A stretch of DNA of 62,944 nucleotides, counting the filler. It is 7 parts of 7 records of this genome, joined end to end, with 100 filler letters (N's around TTAATTAATTAA, not from the genome) between each part and the next. Parts side by side here need not be neighbours in the genome. Positions count along the whole stretch, not along the records: positions 17,937 to 29,675 come from SRR31156797_12429; positions 29,776 to 35,560 come from SRR31156797_12471; 5 more parts are not named here. One strand, 5' to 3'. Position numbers and translations under genes: made by a program. Below, in pieces: positions 19,131 through 29,997 of this stretch; the first letter of the stretch is position 1; every line of letters starts with the position of its first letter. The notes below the pieces were generated by a model, which was not told the origin of the DNA, searched no databases, and worked only from the letters and a program-made list of their open reading frames with translations.

Positions 19131-19321
19131 TGTTTTCCCCTTTTCATGGTATATGTTATCCACTTGACATACAATAATAATAAAGAAACATGTTAATATG
19201 TTTAGAAAAAGATAAATTTTGTTTAAATATTACTTGACATGGTCGAAGGTTAAGAAAAAATCCGCCGCATGGCAATAACTATTTATAAAATTATAGGGAA
19301 CAGGGAGCTTGGAAAATTAGC

Positions 19322-19765
19322 ATGACAAAAGACTTGGATAAAAAAAAGATACTGTTTTTGTGCACGGGCAATTCCTGCCGGAGCCAGATGGCGGAAGGCT
19401 TTACCAGACATTTAAAAGGAAATATTTTCGACGTTTATTCAGCCGGTGTAATTGCCAAGGGTCTGGACCCGCGGGCCGTAAAGGTCATGGCGGAAGCGGG
19501 CGTTGATATTTCCGGTCATAAGTCGAAAATTATCGATGATCTCCCGGAATCGGATTTTGATTATGTGGTGACAGTATGCAATAATGCCAAGGAATCCTGC
19601 CCTTTTTTTCCGGCAAAGACCAGGGTTTTACATAGGGGATTCGACGATCCGCCCGCTTTGGCCGCGGGTATTGAAGACGACGGCGAAGCCTTGAAGCACT
19701 ATCGAAGGGTCAGGGATGAAATCAGGGCCTTTGTGGAGGGCATGCCGGAAAACCTGGATTCCTGA
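19322..19765 (+). CDS. arsC: Arsenate reductase, thioredoxin-type (LMW-PTP fold)
   Basis: CTGNSCRSQMAEG P-loop, TVC..A.ESCP, FDDP. Confidence 0.9.
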   Translation: MTKDLDKKKILFLCTGNSCRSQMAEGFTRHLKGNIFDVYSAGVIAKGLDPRAVKVMAEAGVDISGHKSKIIDDLPESDFDYVVTVCNNAKESCPFFPAKTRVLHRGFDDPPALAAGIEDDGEALKHYRRVRDEIRAFVEGMPENLDS

Positions 19766-19810
19766 TTTTGCTGAAACAAACAATTTAATCGAGAATGGGG
19801 AGCGCCTTGT

Positions 19811-20782
19811 ATGACAGAGCAAAATACGGCAAAGACTCCGGAAGAAAAAGATATAAGAGAAGCCGCCTCCAGGATAGCCGCACATGCCCGCCGCACGCCT
19901 GTAATGACGTGTGGAGGCCTTGATGAGAGAATCGGGGCGAATCTTTATTTCAAGTGTGAAAATTTCCAGAAGGTAGGCGCCTTCAAATTTCGGGGCGCTT
20001 ATAACGCGGTATCCTTGTTGTCGGCTGATGAAGCCCAAAAAGGGGTGACTACGCATTCTTCGGGCAACCACGCCCAGGCCCTGGCGCTGGCCGCCAGGCT
20101 TTTTGGAATTAAAGCCCGCATCGTCATGCCGGAAAATGCACCCAAGGTGAAAATAGCCGCGGTAAAAGGTTATGGCGCAGATATAATATTTTGCCGGCCC
20201 GAACTTGAATCCAGGGAAAGCACGGTGCGGAAGGTCATGGAGGATACGGGCGCGACCCTGGTTCATCCATACGATGATGTGCGAATCATCGCCGGACAGG
20301 GGACCTGCGCCATGGAGCTTTTGGAGGAAAGACCCGACCTGGATATTGTCATGGCGCCGGTTGGCGGCGGCGGGCTCCTCAGCGGGACGGCCCTGGCGGT
20401 GAAATATTTTTCAAAAGGGGCCAGGGTTATCGCGGCGGAACCCGAACTGGCCGATGACGCCCGCGAATCGTTTTATACCGGGAAATGGCAGCCTCCCAGA
20501 CCGCCGATCAGCATAGCCGACGGATTGAGGACCGCGCTGGGCGAGATTACTTTTCCCATAGTTCTGGAGCATGTTCACGACATAGTGACGACAAGCGAAG
20601 AAAACATAATTTCGGCCATGAAACTGATATGGGAAAGAATGAAAATTATTGTTGAGCCGTCAGCCGCGGTTCCCATGGCCTGTTTAATGGAAGGAAAAAT
20701 CGATGCGGCCGGAAAGAAAATCGGGATAATTCTGTCCGGCGGCAACGTGGACCTTGAAAAATTGCCCTGGATGGTCTCCTAA
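19811..20782 (+). CDS. PLP-dependent serine/threonine dehydratase / serine racemase family
   Basis: KCENFQKVGAFKFRGA (PLP Lys), SSGNH, GGGGL, SGGN. Confidence 0.9.
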   Translation: MTEQNTAKTPEEKDIREAASRIAAHARRTPVMTCGGLDERIGANLYFKCENFQKVGAFKFRGAYNAVSLLSADEAQKGVTTHSSGNHAQALALAARLFGIKARIVMPENAPKVKIAAVKGYGADIIFCRPELESRESTVRKVMEDTGATLVHPYDDVRIIAGQGTCAMELLEERPDLDIVMAPVGGGGLLSGTALAVKYFSKGARVIAAEPELADDARESFYTGKWQPPRPPISIADGLRTALGEITFPIVLEHVHDIVTTSEENIISAMKLIWERMKIIVEPSAAVPMACLMEGKIDAAGKKIGIILSGGNVDLEKLPWMVS

Positions 20783-20880
20783 GAAACAAAGCATGGTCTG
20801 ACTGCGGGTGACACCCCAAAAGTTTTGTTGCTTCAATATGTTAGCTACACTGTAAATGTAGCTCGGCTACTCGTAACAAT

Positions 20881-22413
20881 TCAGCGTATGAGAGTTGAAG
20901 CATTTTTAGGCAGGCGTACTTGAAAGCGGGCGCCCCCGCCCGGTTCGGACACGGCGGTAACGCTGCCGCCGTGTTGCTGGACCACGTTTCTGGTAATAAA
21001 AAGCCCTAGCCCCGTTCCTTTTTTTCCTTTTGAAGAATAAAACAGCCTGAAGGCGTTATCCAGTTCCTCTTGTTCCATGCCCGGCCCGTTATCCGTGATT
21101 TCAAAAATGATTCCGTCTTCGCCTTCCGGCCTGACGATAAATTCGATCCTGTGTTCCATTTTCGTGTAATCTTCTATGCAGGCCTCCATGGCGTTTTCCA
21201 GGATATTAACGAGGGCGGTCAGTATTCTTTCCGTGTCTATTTCGAACTGTCCAAGATCCGGGTGATACCGGGGTGCAAACGTTATATTGGCGCCCCGAAT
21301 CCTGGTTTCAACATTGGCGGCCACATCATTGGCGAACTGAAGGACGTCCACTGTTTGAGGCTCCAGGTCTCTGTCCTTGGCATAATAAAGAACGTCGAAA
21401 ACGAGTTTCCTGAGACGATCGACCATCAGCTTGGCCGTGTCCAGTCCTTCTTCGATTCGGGCGGGCTTGTCTCTGTAGAATCCGGTGTCAATAAGGTACA
21501 GGCCGGCGTCGAGTCCGGTCAGGCAGCCCTTGAGGCTATGGGAGACGGCGCCGATCATGAGCCCCAGGGATGAAAGATTGTGTTGAAGCTGGCGAAGACG
21601 GGTGATGTCCATGAAATACCCGATGGAGGCTCTCTGCCCCCGAAATTGTATGGTTGAGACTGTTTCCATGATCCATTTTATTTCGCCGGACTTGTTGATG
21701 ACGCAAAATTCGTACGGGGCCGTTCTTTCGCCCTTGAGCATCTGCACGGCATTTTTTCGCACATATTCCTTGTAATCCTCATGAACGAGGTTAAAGGAAT
21801 CCGTTCCGATCAACTCGTCGTAATTATACTGGGTGATTCTGGTAAATTCGGGATTGACGTACCTAAACTTGCCTCCCTGCACAATGTAGCTGCCGATGAG
21901 CGCTTTTTTCCGGCTGGCTTCAAGTTCGACATCAGCCATTTTCCGGTCGGTGGTGTCCCTGATAAAGCCTTCAACGGCAATGGCCTGTTTGTTTTCATCG
22001 CGAATGACGATCCAACGGTCATGCATCCAGCGAACGGCGCCCACGCCGGTGGTGATGCGGTATTCTACTTCGCCGCCTTCATTTGCAGCGGCCACCGAGT
22101 CGGCCATATTTTTTCTGACCTTGGCTCGGTCTTCCGGATGGATGTGGCGGTAAAGGCTGTCCAGGGTTAACTCTTGCAGGTTTTCAACGTTCGGTCCATA
22201 CAGTTCAATAAATCTCTTATTTATATAGATGAAACGGTTGGACCTGAGATCAAAATGGTAAATGGCGTCCTGTGACCGGTCGGCAAGTCTTTTGAAATTG
22301 AGGGAAATAGGTTCGGGTGCGGTTTCAGGCTTCCCTTCGTCGTATTCCACGAACCCGGATTCAAGTTTCCGGATCCTTTCTTCCAATTCTAGATAGGTTG
22401 GTTTGCGTTTCAC
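20881..22413 (-). CDS. Cytoplasmic PAS-PAS sensor histidine kinase
   Basis: Two PAS domains (HIHPEDR; LVHEDY), H-box SHSLKG, N-box NILENA, DNGPG, GTGLGL. Confidence 0.9.
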   Translation of the reverse strand: MKRKPTYLELEERIRKLESGFVEYDEGKPETAPEPISLNFKRLADRSQDAIYHFDLRSNRFIYINKRFIELYGPNVENLQELTLDSLYRHIHPEDRAKVRKNMADSVAAANEGGEVEYRITTGVGAVRWMHDRWIVIRDENKQAIAVEGFIRDTTDRKMADVELEASRKKALIGSYIVQGGKFRYVNPEFTRITQYNYDELIGTDSFNLVHEDYKEYVRKNAVQMLKGERTAPYEFCVINKSGEIKWIMETVSTIQFRGQRASIGYFMDITRLRQLQHNLSSLGLMIGAVSHSLKGCLTGLDAGLYLIDTGFYRDKPARIEEGLDTAKLMVDRLRKLVFDVLYYAKDRDLEPQTVDVLQFANDVAANVETRIRGANITFAPRYHPDLGQFEIDTERILTALVNILENAMEACIEDYTKMEHRIEFIVRPEGEDGIIFEITDNGPGMEQEELDNAFRLFYSSKGKKGTGLGLFITRNVVQQHGGSVTAVSEPGGGARFQVRLPKNASTLIR

Positions 22414-22559
22414 TCAAACCGCCTCCAACGGATTAATCGCGCAAATGAAAAACAATAGGGACGTCTTAAAGGTCCTAATAATTATAATATACAAGGACTG
22501 ACAATTATTTCGATATCGCCCTGAAAGAATATACTATTATTAAATGATCCGGTCCGGTT

Positions 22560-23906
22560 TTAAAGAAGCCATTCCAGGAGGTCTCCGACCGAAGAGACGC
22601 CGATGGGCTTGAGCCTGGTTTTTCCCAGTCGTTTTACTTCGTTTTTGGGCAAAACAGCTCGTTTGAATCCCAGTTTGTAAGCTTCCCTGAGTCTCATGTC
22701 CAAGCGGCTGACGCCCCGGACTTCTCCGGCAAGCCCTACTTCGCCGATAAAAACCGCTTCATAATCGACGGGGCGGTCATGGTAACTGGAAGCCACGGCC
22801 GCTACAAGACCCAGGTCGGCGGCCGGTTCGACAACTTTAACCCCTCCGGTAACATTAACGAAAACGTCCCGGTCATACAACCGTATGCCCATTTTCTTTT
22901 CCAGCACAGCGGTCAGAAGGGACAGGCGGGCCTGGTCTATTCCGAGGGCCTGCCTCCTGGGCATGGCCAGGCCGCTGGCTGAGACCAGGGCTTGCAATTC
23001 AACCAGTATCGGCCTTGTTCCTTCCATGGTGGGAATGACCACGGATCCGGGTGCGTCGGTCGGTCTTTCCGCCAGGAAAAGGGCAGAGGGGTTTTCGACT
23101 TCGCTGAGTCCGTTGTCTTTCATTTCAAAGACGCCGATTTCGTTTATGGAGCCGTACCTGTTTTTAAACGAACGGAGCACGCGCAGGTTGAAGCCTCGTT
23201 CGCCTTCAAAATAAAGGACCGTATCGACCATGTGCTCCAGGACTTTTGGGCCGGCGATCGAGCCTTCCTTGGTGACGTGCCCGACAAGCCAGACCGGGCG
23301 GTTAAGTTTTTTGGCCAGATTGATAAGCTGGCCGGTTGCTTCCCGAATCTGGGTCACGCTGCCCGGCGCCGAGGATGCTTCATAGCTGTTTATGGATTGT
23401 ATGGAATCAACGGCCAGACAGTCCCATTGCCTGCTTTCCGCAACAGCTTGTATGGATTCCAGGGAGGTTTCGGCCAGGACGAGGAGCCTGGACAGGTCCA
23501 GTTCCAACCTTTCGGCGCGAAGTCGGATCTGGGCCGGGGATTCTTCGCCCGAAACGTATAACAGTCGCCGGTTTTTGTCAGCCATGCCCGAGGCGGCCTG
23601 GAGAAGCAGGGTGGATTTGCCGATGCCGGGTTCGCCGGCCAGTAAAACTACCGATCCGGGCACCACGCCTCCGCCGAGCACACGGTCGAGTTCACTCAGG
23701 CCGGTGGGCAGGCGGTTTCCTTCTTCTATGGGCACGGAGTCAAGGGTGATCGGTTCCGTGACGGGGGCCTTGGCTTTATGGGCGGGACCGGATGAAATTT
23801 CTTCGGTAAAGGAATCCCAGGACCGGCAATCGGGACATCTGCCGAGCCATTTGGGGGTCCGGTGTCCGCATTCCGAACAAACGAATGTTTTCCTGCTTTT
23901 AGCCAA
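22560..23906 (-). CDS. radA: DNA repair protein RadA/Sms
   Basis: CSEC..CPDC zinc finger, GEPGIGKS, KNRYG motif, Lon-like C-terminus. Confidence 0.97.
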   Translation of the reverse strand: MAKSRKTFVCSECGHRTPKWLGRCPDCRSWDSFTEEISSGPAHKAKAPVTEPITLDSVPIEEGNRLPTGLSELDRVLGGGVVPGSVVLLAGEPGIGKSTLLLQAASGMADKNRRLLYVSGEESPAQIRLRAERLELDLSRLLVLAETSLESIQAVAESRQWDCLAVDSIQSINSYEASSAPGSVTQIREATGQLINLAKKLNRPVWLVGHVTKEGSIAGPKVLEHMVDTVLYFEGERGFNLRVLRSFKNRYGSINEIGVFEMKDNGLSEVENPSALFLAERPTDAPGSVVIPTMEGTRPILVELQALVSASGLAMPRRQALGIDQARLSLLTAVLEKKMGIRLYDRDVFVNVTGGVKVVEPAADLGLVAAVASSYHDRPVDYEAVFIGEVGLAGEVRGVSRLDMRLREAYKLGFKRAVLPKNEVKRLGKTRLKPIGVSSVGDLLEWLL

Positions 23907-24013
23907 TCTCCATCCCTACACGATCGGGCGAAAAGCCCTGAAGTACGTTATAGTTGACATAAATGGAATTAACTTGTATATCTTATTTCAATAATTTGCA
24001 CAAGGAGAACCCA

Positions 24014-24343
24014 ATGGCTGGCGAAAAATTACTCCAAGTGACTGACAGCGAATTCGAGTCCACGGTATTGCAATCGGACAAACCGGTTTTAGTAGATTTT
24101 TGGGCTGCCTGGTGCGGTCCCTGTCAGGCGATCGGCCCGACGGTCGAAGAGCTGGCTGATGAATATGAAGGCAAGGTCACCGTGGCCAAGATGAATGTGG
24201 ATGAAAATCCAAAAACTCCGGGTAGATACGGGATCAGGGCCATCCCGACGCTGATCGTATTTAACGGAGGAGAGGTTGCCGAACAGATAACCGGCGCTGT
24301 AGCCAAATCTCAGATTGTCAAGGCTTTGGAAAAGGTTCTTTAA
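24014..24343 (+). CDS. trxA: Thioredoxin
   Basis: WCGPC; ATG 24014 after AAGGAG. Confidence 0.97.
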   Translation: MAGEKLLQVTDSEFESTVLQSDKPVLVDFWAAWCGPCQAIGPTVEELADEYEGKVTVAKMNVDENPKTPGRYGIRAIPTLIVFNGGEVAEQITGAVAKSQIVKALEKVL

Positions 24344-24345
24344 TT

Positions 24346-25281
24346 TTGACCGATACATATGATGTAGTGATAATCGGTGGAGGACCGGCGGGAATGACCG
24401 CCGGTCTTTATACCGGTAGGGCCTTGTTAAAGACCCGCCTTTTGGAAAGGCTTGCCCCTGGCGGCCAGATGCTGAACACGGACTGGGTTGACAACTACCC
24501 TGGTTTCCCCGAAGGCTTGTCCGGCTTCGAACTGGTGGACCGTATGCGTAAGCAGGCGGAACGATTCGAAATTGAGATAACCACGGATGAAGTCGTCTCA
24601 CTGGAGCGAAACGGGGATTATATCAGGATTAATACGGCAGAGGGGCAGTTGACTGCGAAAACGGTCGTTATAACGTCCGGCGCTCACCCGGTCAAGCTGG
24701 GCGTCCCGGGCGAACTGGAACTGGCCGGCAAGGGCGTGTCTTATTGCGCCACCTGCGACGGACCTTTTTATCGCGGCGTTGAAACCGCGGTGGTAGGCGG
24801 CGGCGATTCAGCGGTTGAAGAAGCCATATTTTTAACCAGGTTTTCATCAAAGATTCACCTTTTTCATCGCCGGGACGAATTGCGCGCCACAGGTCTTTTG
24901 CGTCAAAAGGTTTTAAACGAGCCAAAGATCGAAATCCACTGGTCATCCGTACTGACCAACATTAAGTCGGATGACAGCGGCATGGTTAATGGCTTGACGT
25001 ATAAGGATCTGAAAACCGGGCAGGAATCCGATCTCGCTGTTGAAGGCGTATTCTTTTTTGTCGGCCAGAAGCCGAATTCCGACTACCTGAAAGGTTTTGT
25101 GGATCTGGATGAGGCCGGGTATGTCATTACGGATTCGGAAATGGCGACATCCGTCCCGGGCGTCTGGGCGGCTGGGGATGTCCGGGCCAAAAAACTGCGT
25201 CAGATATCCACGGCTGTCGGCGAGGGCGCCACGGCCGGCTGGTGCGCTGAAAAGTATATAGAAGAACATTTCAGCGGATAA
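24346..25281 (+). CDS. trxB: Thioredoxin-disulfide reductase
   Basis: GGGPAG, CATCDG, GGGDSA, AAGD. Confidence 0.97.
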   Translation: MTDTYDVVIIGGGPAGMTAGLYTGRALLKTRLLERLAPGGQMLNTDWVDNYPGFPEGLSGFELVDRMRKQAERFEIEITTDEVVSLERNGDYIRINTAEGQLTAKTVVITSGAHPVKLGVPGELELAGKGVSYCATCDGPFYRGVETAVVGGGDSAVEEAIFLTRFSSKIHLFHRRDELRATGLLRQKVLNEPKIEIHWSSVLTNIKSDDSGMVNGLTYKDLKTGQESDLAVEGVFFFVGQKPNSDYLKGFVDLDEAGYVITDSEMATSVPGVWAAGDVRAKKLRQISTAVGEGATAGWCAEKYIEEHFSG

Positions 25282-25360
25282 AAAACTATTTGCCCCGGGG
25301 CATGCTCCGGGGCGCCTAATCCCTGGTTTTTACTAAACCGGTGGATAATAAAGCATATTT

Positions 25361-26164
25361 ATGAAATCTAAAATACAGATTCTCGTCCTGGCCGCACTTG
25401 TACTTACGCTACTGCCGGGATGCGGCGCTTTAAGCGGCCTTTTCGGCAAAAGCGGGGAAGAAATAGAGTCGACTCCCCAGACCATGGCCTATGAAGGCAT
25501 TGAAAGCATGAACAAGGGGAATTACAAGACCGCTGCCGAAACATTCAGTAATCTTAAGGACAGGTATCCTTACAGCCGCTATGCCATACTGGCCGAGCTC
25601 AAGCTGGGCGACGTCCTATACCTGGAAAAAAATTATATAGAGGCCGCCGCCGCCTATGCGGATTTTGAGCGTCTACATCCCAAGAACGAGGCCGTGCCTT
25701 ATGTTATCTATCAACAGGGCATGTGCTATTTCGTTCAGATGTCGACGCCGGACAGGGATCCCATACCGTCGGTGAATGCCATACAGACTTTTGTGCGTTT
25801 GCAGGATTTGTATCCTGACAGTCAATATGCTTCCATGGCCAATGCCAGGCTTGTTGAAGCACAGAACATCCTGGCCGGCCATGAATTTTTCGTTGGGGAA
25901 TTCTATTTCAAGATGGATGCTTACAAGGCGGCTTTAGGCCGTTTTATGAGCCTGATCAAGAATTATCCCGACACCGGGTACCATGGCCGGGCCCTGGATT
26001 ACATTAAAATTTGCAGAATCAAAATCGCGGAAAAAGAAGCTGAGGCGAAAGCGGAAGCCGCTGACGAATCGGAAAAGAAGAAGAAAAAGAAGAAAGAATT
26101 TACCGACAAACAATTGTCGCCCGAAGGGGACATCAGCGTGCCCAGGGAAAATATTCCTTTCTAG
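25361..26164 (+). CDS. bamD: Outer membrane protein assembly factor BamD
   Basis: Lipobox LPGC, TPR-like repeats (YPYS, HPKN, YPDS), LAGHEFFVGEFY. Confidence 0.9.
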   Translation: MKSKIQILVLAALVLTLLPGCGALSGLFGKSGEEIESTPQTMAYEGIESMNKGNYKTAAETFSNLKDRYPYSRYAILAELKLGDVLYLEKNYIEAAAAYADFERLHPKNEAVPYVIYQQGMCYFVQMSTPDRDPIPSVNAIQTFVRLQDLYPDSQYASMANARLVEAQNILAGHEFFVGEFYFKMDAYKAALGRFMSLIKNYPDTGYHGRALDYIKICRIKIAEKEAEAKAEAADESEKKKKKKKEFTDKQLSPEGDISVPRENIPF

Positions 26165-26190
26165 GGGCTGTCATTTCGACCGGATTATTC

Positions 26191-26216
26191 AAGGGGCCGT
26201 TTGGGGCCCCTTTTTT
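26191..26216 (+). terminator. Intrinsic terminator between convergent bamD and purH
   Basis: AAGGGGCC-gtttgg-GGCCCCTT followed by a T tract. Confidence 0.75.
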
Positions 26217-26234
26217 CGTGGATGAAACTTTAAA

Positions 26235-26837
26235 TTATTCGGGTTTCTCTATCCCGGCCAGATATTTTGTTATGGCGCCGTCATAAGCATGGGTGAGGGC
26301 GTATACTTTCTTGGCCAGTGCAAACCTTGTTTCAAGGCTGGTTTTTCCGCCCGATTCTTTCATTTCTTCGATCACTTTTGAATAATCCGACGGGTCTACC
26401 ACAACCGTAACCGAGTTGTAGTTCTTGGCTGCAGCTCTTAAAAGAGTGGGTCCGCCGATATCAATGTTTTCTATGGCTTCTTCCAGGGTAACTCCTGGTT
26501 TGGCCACCGTGGATTCAAAGGCGTATAGATTTACACACACCAGGTCAATCGGGGCTAGATGATGGTTAGCCATCTGGTCGATATGGCTTCCGAGATCCCG
26601 GCGAAACAGAATTCCAGCGTGAATTTTCGGATGCAGGGTTTTGACGCGTCCGTCCAACATTTCCGGGAATCCTGTAAAATCTGCTACTTCAACCACTTTA
26701 ACGCCGCCGTCGCTCATGGCTTTGGCGGTCCCGCCCGTGGAAAGAATTTCCACGCCCATCTTGTTCAGTTCACCGGCGAATTCAACTATTCCGGTTTTGT
26801 CGGTTACGCTGATTATGGCCCGTTGTATATGGTTCAT
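26235..26837 (-). CDS. purH: Stand-alone IMP cyclohydrolase (PurH N-terminal MGS-like domain)
   Basis: [38 protein letters not shown]; stops at 200 aa without the transformylase domain. Confidence 0.9.
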   Translation of the reverse strand: MNHIQRAIISVTDKTGIVEFAGELNKMGVEILSTGGTAKAMSDGGVKVVEVADFTGFPEMLDGRVKTLHPKIHAGILFRRDLGSHIDQMANHHLAPIDLVCVNLYAFESTVAKPGVTLEEAIENIDIGGPTLLRAAAKNYNSVTVVVDPSDYSKVIEEMKESGGKTSLETRFALAKKVYALTHAYDGAITKYLAGIEKPE

Positions 26838-27009
26838 TATGACCTCCTGAGAATACTACTTGATCATGCATTACTTTAATATCATATATGAGGCTTGTTA
26901 TTATTAATACTAAAACCCAATATTTTTTACTTAGCGTCTGTCCATAATGGAGTAGTTTCTTGAAATGCTGTATCGTCATATTACCATGAAATGAATCGGA
27001 GGGGTAAAG

Positions 27010-27744
27010 GTGAAAGGACCTATAGACACCCATGTTCATCTGGACATGTTGCCGGATGTGGATAAAGCAATTGAGGCGGCAGGCAAACGGGGAGTATCCG
27101 CCGTGGTCGGAGTCGGCATGAACCTGGATTCCAATCGCAGAATTCTGGAAATAGCGGCTAAGCATCCGGAAATGGTCCGCCCGGCCCTGGGGGCTCATCC
27201 GTGGGCCGTGGATGAAAACTGGCCTGATAACATAAGTTTTATCGAGTCAAACCTGGATAGCGCCGTCGCCCTGGGCGAGGTCGGCCTTGATTACAAGGTT
27301 AAAGTAAAAAAGGAATTGCAGCATCGGGTGTTAAACGAAGGGTTGCGACTGGCGGCGGATAAAAATAAGCCGGTTCTTTTGCACGCAAGGTATTCTCAGG
27401 AGCGCTGCCTGAAAATGCTAAGGGAAGCCGGAATAGAGCGGGCTGTTTTTCATTGGTACAGCGGGCCGCTTGATATGTTAAAAAAAATAATCAATGCCGG
27501 TTATCATGTTTCTGCTACGCCGGCCCTGGCTTACAGTCCTCCGCACCGGGCCGCCCTGTCAGAGGCGCCTTTGGGTAGAATACTGGTTGAAACCGATGCG
27601 CCGGAAGAATACCAGGGCAAGGCGTCTAAGCCGGCGGATGTTTTCTCGACTATTGAGTTATTGGCGGAGTTGAGGGGTATTGACGTTGAAGACGCCGCAC
27701 GGGCAACACTGGAAAACGCTATGGAATTTTTCGGATGGAGATAG
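27010..27744 (+). CDS. tatD: TatD family DNase
   Basis: DTHVH, GAHP, GEVGLDY, LHAR, FHW, ETDAP. Confidence 0.92.
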   Translation: MKGPIDTHVHLDMLPDVDKAIEAAGKRGVSAVVGVGMNLDSNRRILEIAAKHPEMVRPALGAHPWAVDENWPDNISFIESNLDSAVALGEVGLDYKVKVKKELQHRVLNEGLRLAADKNKPVLLHARYSQERCLKMLREAGIERAVFHWYSGPLDMLKKIINAGYHVSATPALAYSPPHRAALSEAPLGRILVETDAPEEYQGKASKPADVFSTIELLAELRGIDVEDAARATLENAMEFFGWR

Positions 27745-27795
27745 ACAGGCTCCAGAGATAATTATCTTCTAAATTAATATAATTTAACATAATTG

Positions 27796-27823
27796 TTGAC
27801 TAATAAGGTGAAAGCATTATAGA
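27796..27823 (+). promoter_or_regulatory. Putative sigma70 promoter upstream of the ftsK leader
   Basis: TTGACT (27796-27801), 16 nt, TATAGA (27818-27823). Confidence 0.45.
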
Positions 27824-27992
27824 ATCGACAATTGGGAGGGGTGTTTACACCTATAGAGCAATGCGTCCTGGAGCGGACCGGAATCCGTTCCGGGCGCACA
27901 TGCCGTGTACATATGTACACTTTTTGACGGCGAGGGGGCCGAGCCGCCTTTAGCCGTTTATTATAGATTATCAGTCATTTGGAGTCTAGGGA

Positions 27993-29675
27993 ATGGCCAG
28001 GAAAAAGAGCGAAAAAGAACCTCCCGCAATCGGCGGCTATATTACCAGGGAGATTCCCGGCCTGATCTGTCTTTTTCTGGCTGTAACGCTGTTTTTGGCT
28101 CTTATTTCCCATCACCCCATGGATCCGTCCTTTTCGTCGTATTCAACAGCGGAAAATCATGATTATGTGAGCAATTACATTGGATTGGCCGGGGCGTACA
28201 CATCGGCTGTCTTTATTGACCTGTTAGGCTTATCGTCTTTCTGGGCTGTTTTGGTGTTATTGGTTGTTTCATGGAGGTTTTTCCGAGGGCGACCATTTGT
28301 TCATCCATGGCTGGTAGTTGTCGGTATTACTCTACTGTTGTTGGATTCGGCCGCTTTTTTTTCCATGGTTTTCCCCCGGCTTGAACTGTTTTGGGCAAAA
28401 ACACCCGGCGGCGGGGTATTGGGGGATATTTTGGCCCGCAACCTTGTCTTGTCCTTTAACAAGGTCGGGGCGGGCCTGGTTGTGGCCGCGTTGGGTTTAA
28501 TGGCCCTGATCCTGGCCACGGGGTTGTCTATAATCAGGTCCGGAGCGGCTTTGTTAAAAGGGCTGTCCAATGCCAAGGCGGGGTTGGACGCGGCCCAGGT
28601 AAAAAAGAAGGAAAGAGCGGCCAGGGCCAAGCGTCTGCACCAGGTTCTGGAGAAACAGCAAGGAAGGGAGGCCCCCAAGATTAAGGAAAAGAAAACCGAA
28701 CAACAGCCCAAGCCCAAGCAGGAAACATTCGAGTTTGTACAACCGGAGGGTCCTTATAAACTTCCGCCGCTGGATTTGTTGGACGAAGTTGAAAAAGGCA
28801 AGGGGGGCATGTCCCGGGACAGCCTGATGGCCAACGCCCGCCTTGTCGAGAAAAAGCTGTCCGATTTCAATGTTGAAGGCGAAGTCAGTGAAGTTTCATC
28901 CGGGCCGGTTATAACCATGTATGAATATCAGCCGGCGGCCGGAATAAAGATCAGCAAGGTGGCCGGACTATCGGATGATCTTGCCATGAACATGCGGGCC
29001 GCGGCCATTCGTATTGTGGCGCCCTTGCCTGGAAAAGCTGCCATCGGCATTGAAATCCCCAATCCAAAACGTGAATTCGTGTTTTTAAAGGAAGTTGTTT
29101 CAGCGCCGGTTTTTGAAGAATCGAGTTCTCTGCTTTCACTGGTCATGGGGGTTGACATAATGGGCCGGCCGGAAGTGGCCGACCTGCAGAAGATGCCTCA
29201 TTTATTGATCGCCGGCGCCACTGGTTCGGGTAAATCAGTGGGATTGAACGCGATTATCATGTCCATACTTTTTAAGGCGCGGCCCGAGGAAGTTCGTTTT
29301 CTCATGATTGACCCCAAGAGAATCGAACTGACTTTGTACAAGGATTTACCGCACTTGATTTATCCGGTTATTTCGGAACCGGCCGACGCCAACCAGGCTT
29401 TGAAGTGGGCGGTGGCGGACATGGAGCATCGTTACCAGTTATTGGCTGAAAAGGGCGTCCGCAACATCGAGGCCTATAACAAGAAAATATTAAAGGAAAG
29501 GGCCCAGTTCAAGCCTGAAGAGTCGTCCGCGCAATCGGAAAATGATCCGGACGGGGAAGGCGCCGAGGAAAAGCCGGCGCCGCCGGAACCTTTGCCTTAC
29601 CTGGTTATAATAATTGACGAGTTGGCGGACCTGATGATGGTTTCGGCCAAGGAGGTTGAAACGTCCATCACGCGA
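27993..29675 (+). CDS. ftsK: DNA translocase FtsK (3' truncated)
   Basis: N-terminal 4TM domain, GIEIPN, PHLLIAGATGSGKS, IDPK, IIIDELADLMM. Confidence 0.97.
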
Positions 29676-29775
29676 NNNNNNNNNNNNNNNNNNNNNNNNN
29701 NNNNNNNNNNNNNNNNNNNTTAATTAATTAANNNNNNNNNNNNNNNNNNNNNNNNNNNNNNNNNNNNNNNNNNNN
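29676..29775. other. Artificial contig spacer
   Basis: 44 N + TTAATTAATTAA + 44 N. Confidence 0.98.
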
Positions 29776-29997
29776 TGATGGGATACTCCATATGAAAACC
29801 TCCGGCGGATCGTTGAGGGTTTGTATGGATGAAACAACTATATTTGGGGGATCATATTGGAAAGACAGGGAATGTCAAGAAGAATTGTTTGGGTGGCGCC
29901 ATTCACAACAAACGGCTATGCCGACAAACCCTCCGTCATGGCCTTTACCAGGATAATATTCTTCCAGGTAATCAACTGAAACCCTTTTTGCCGACGT

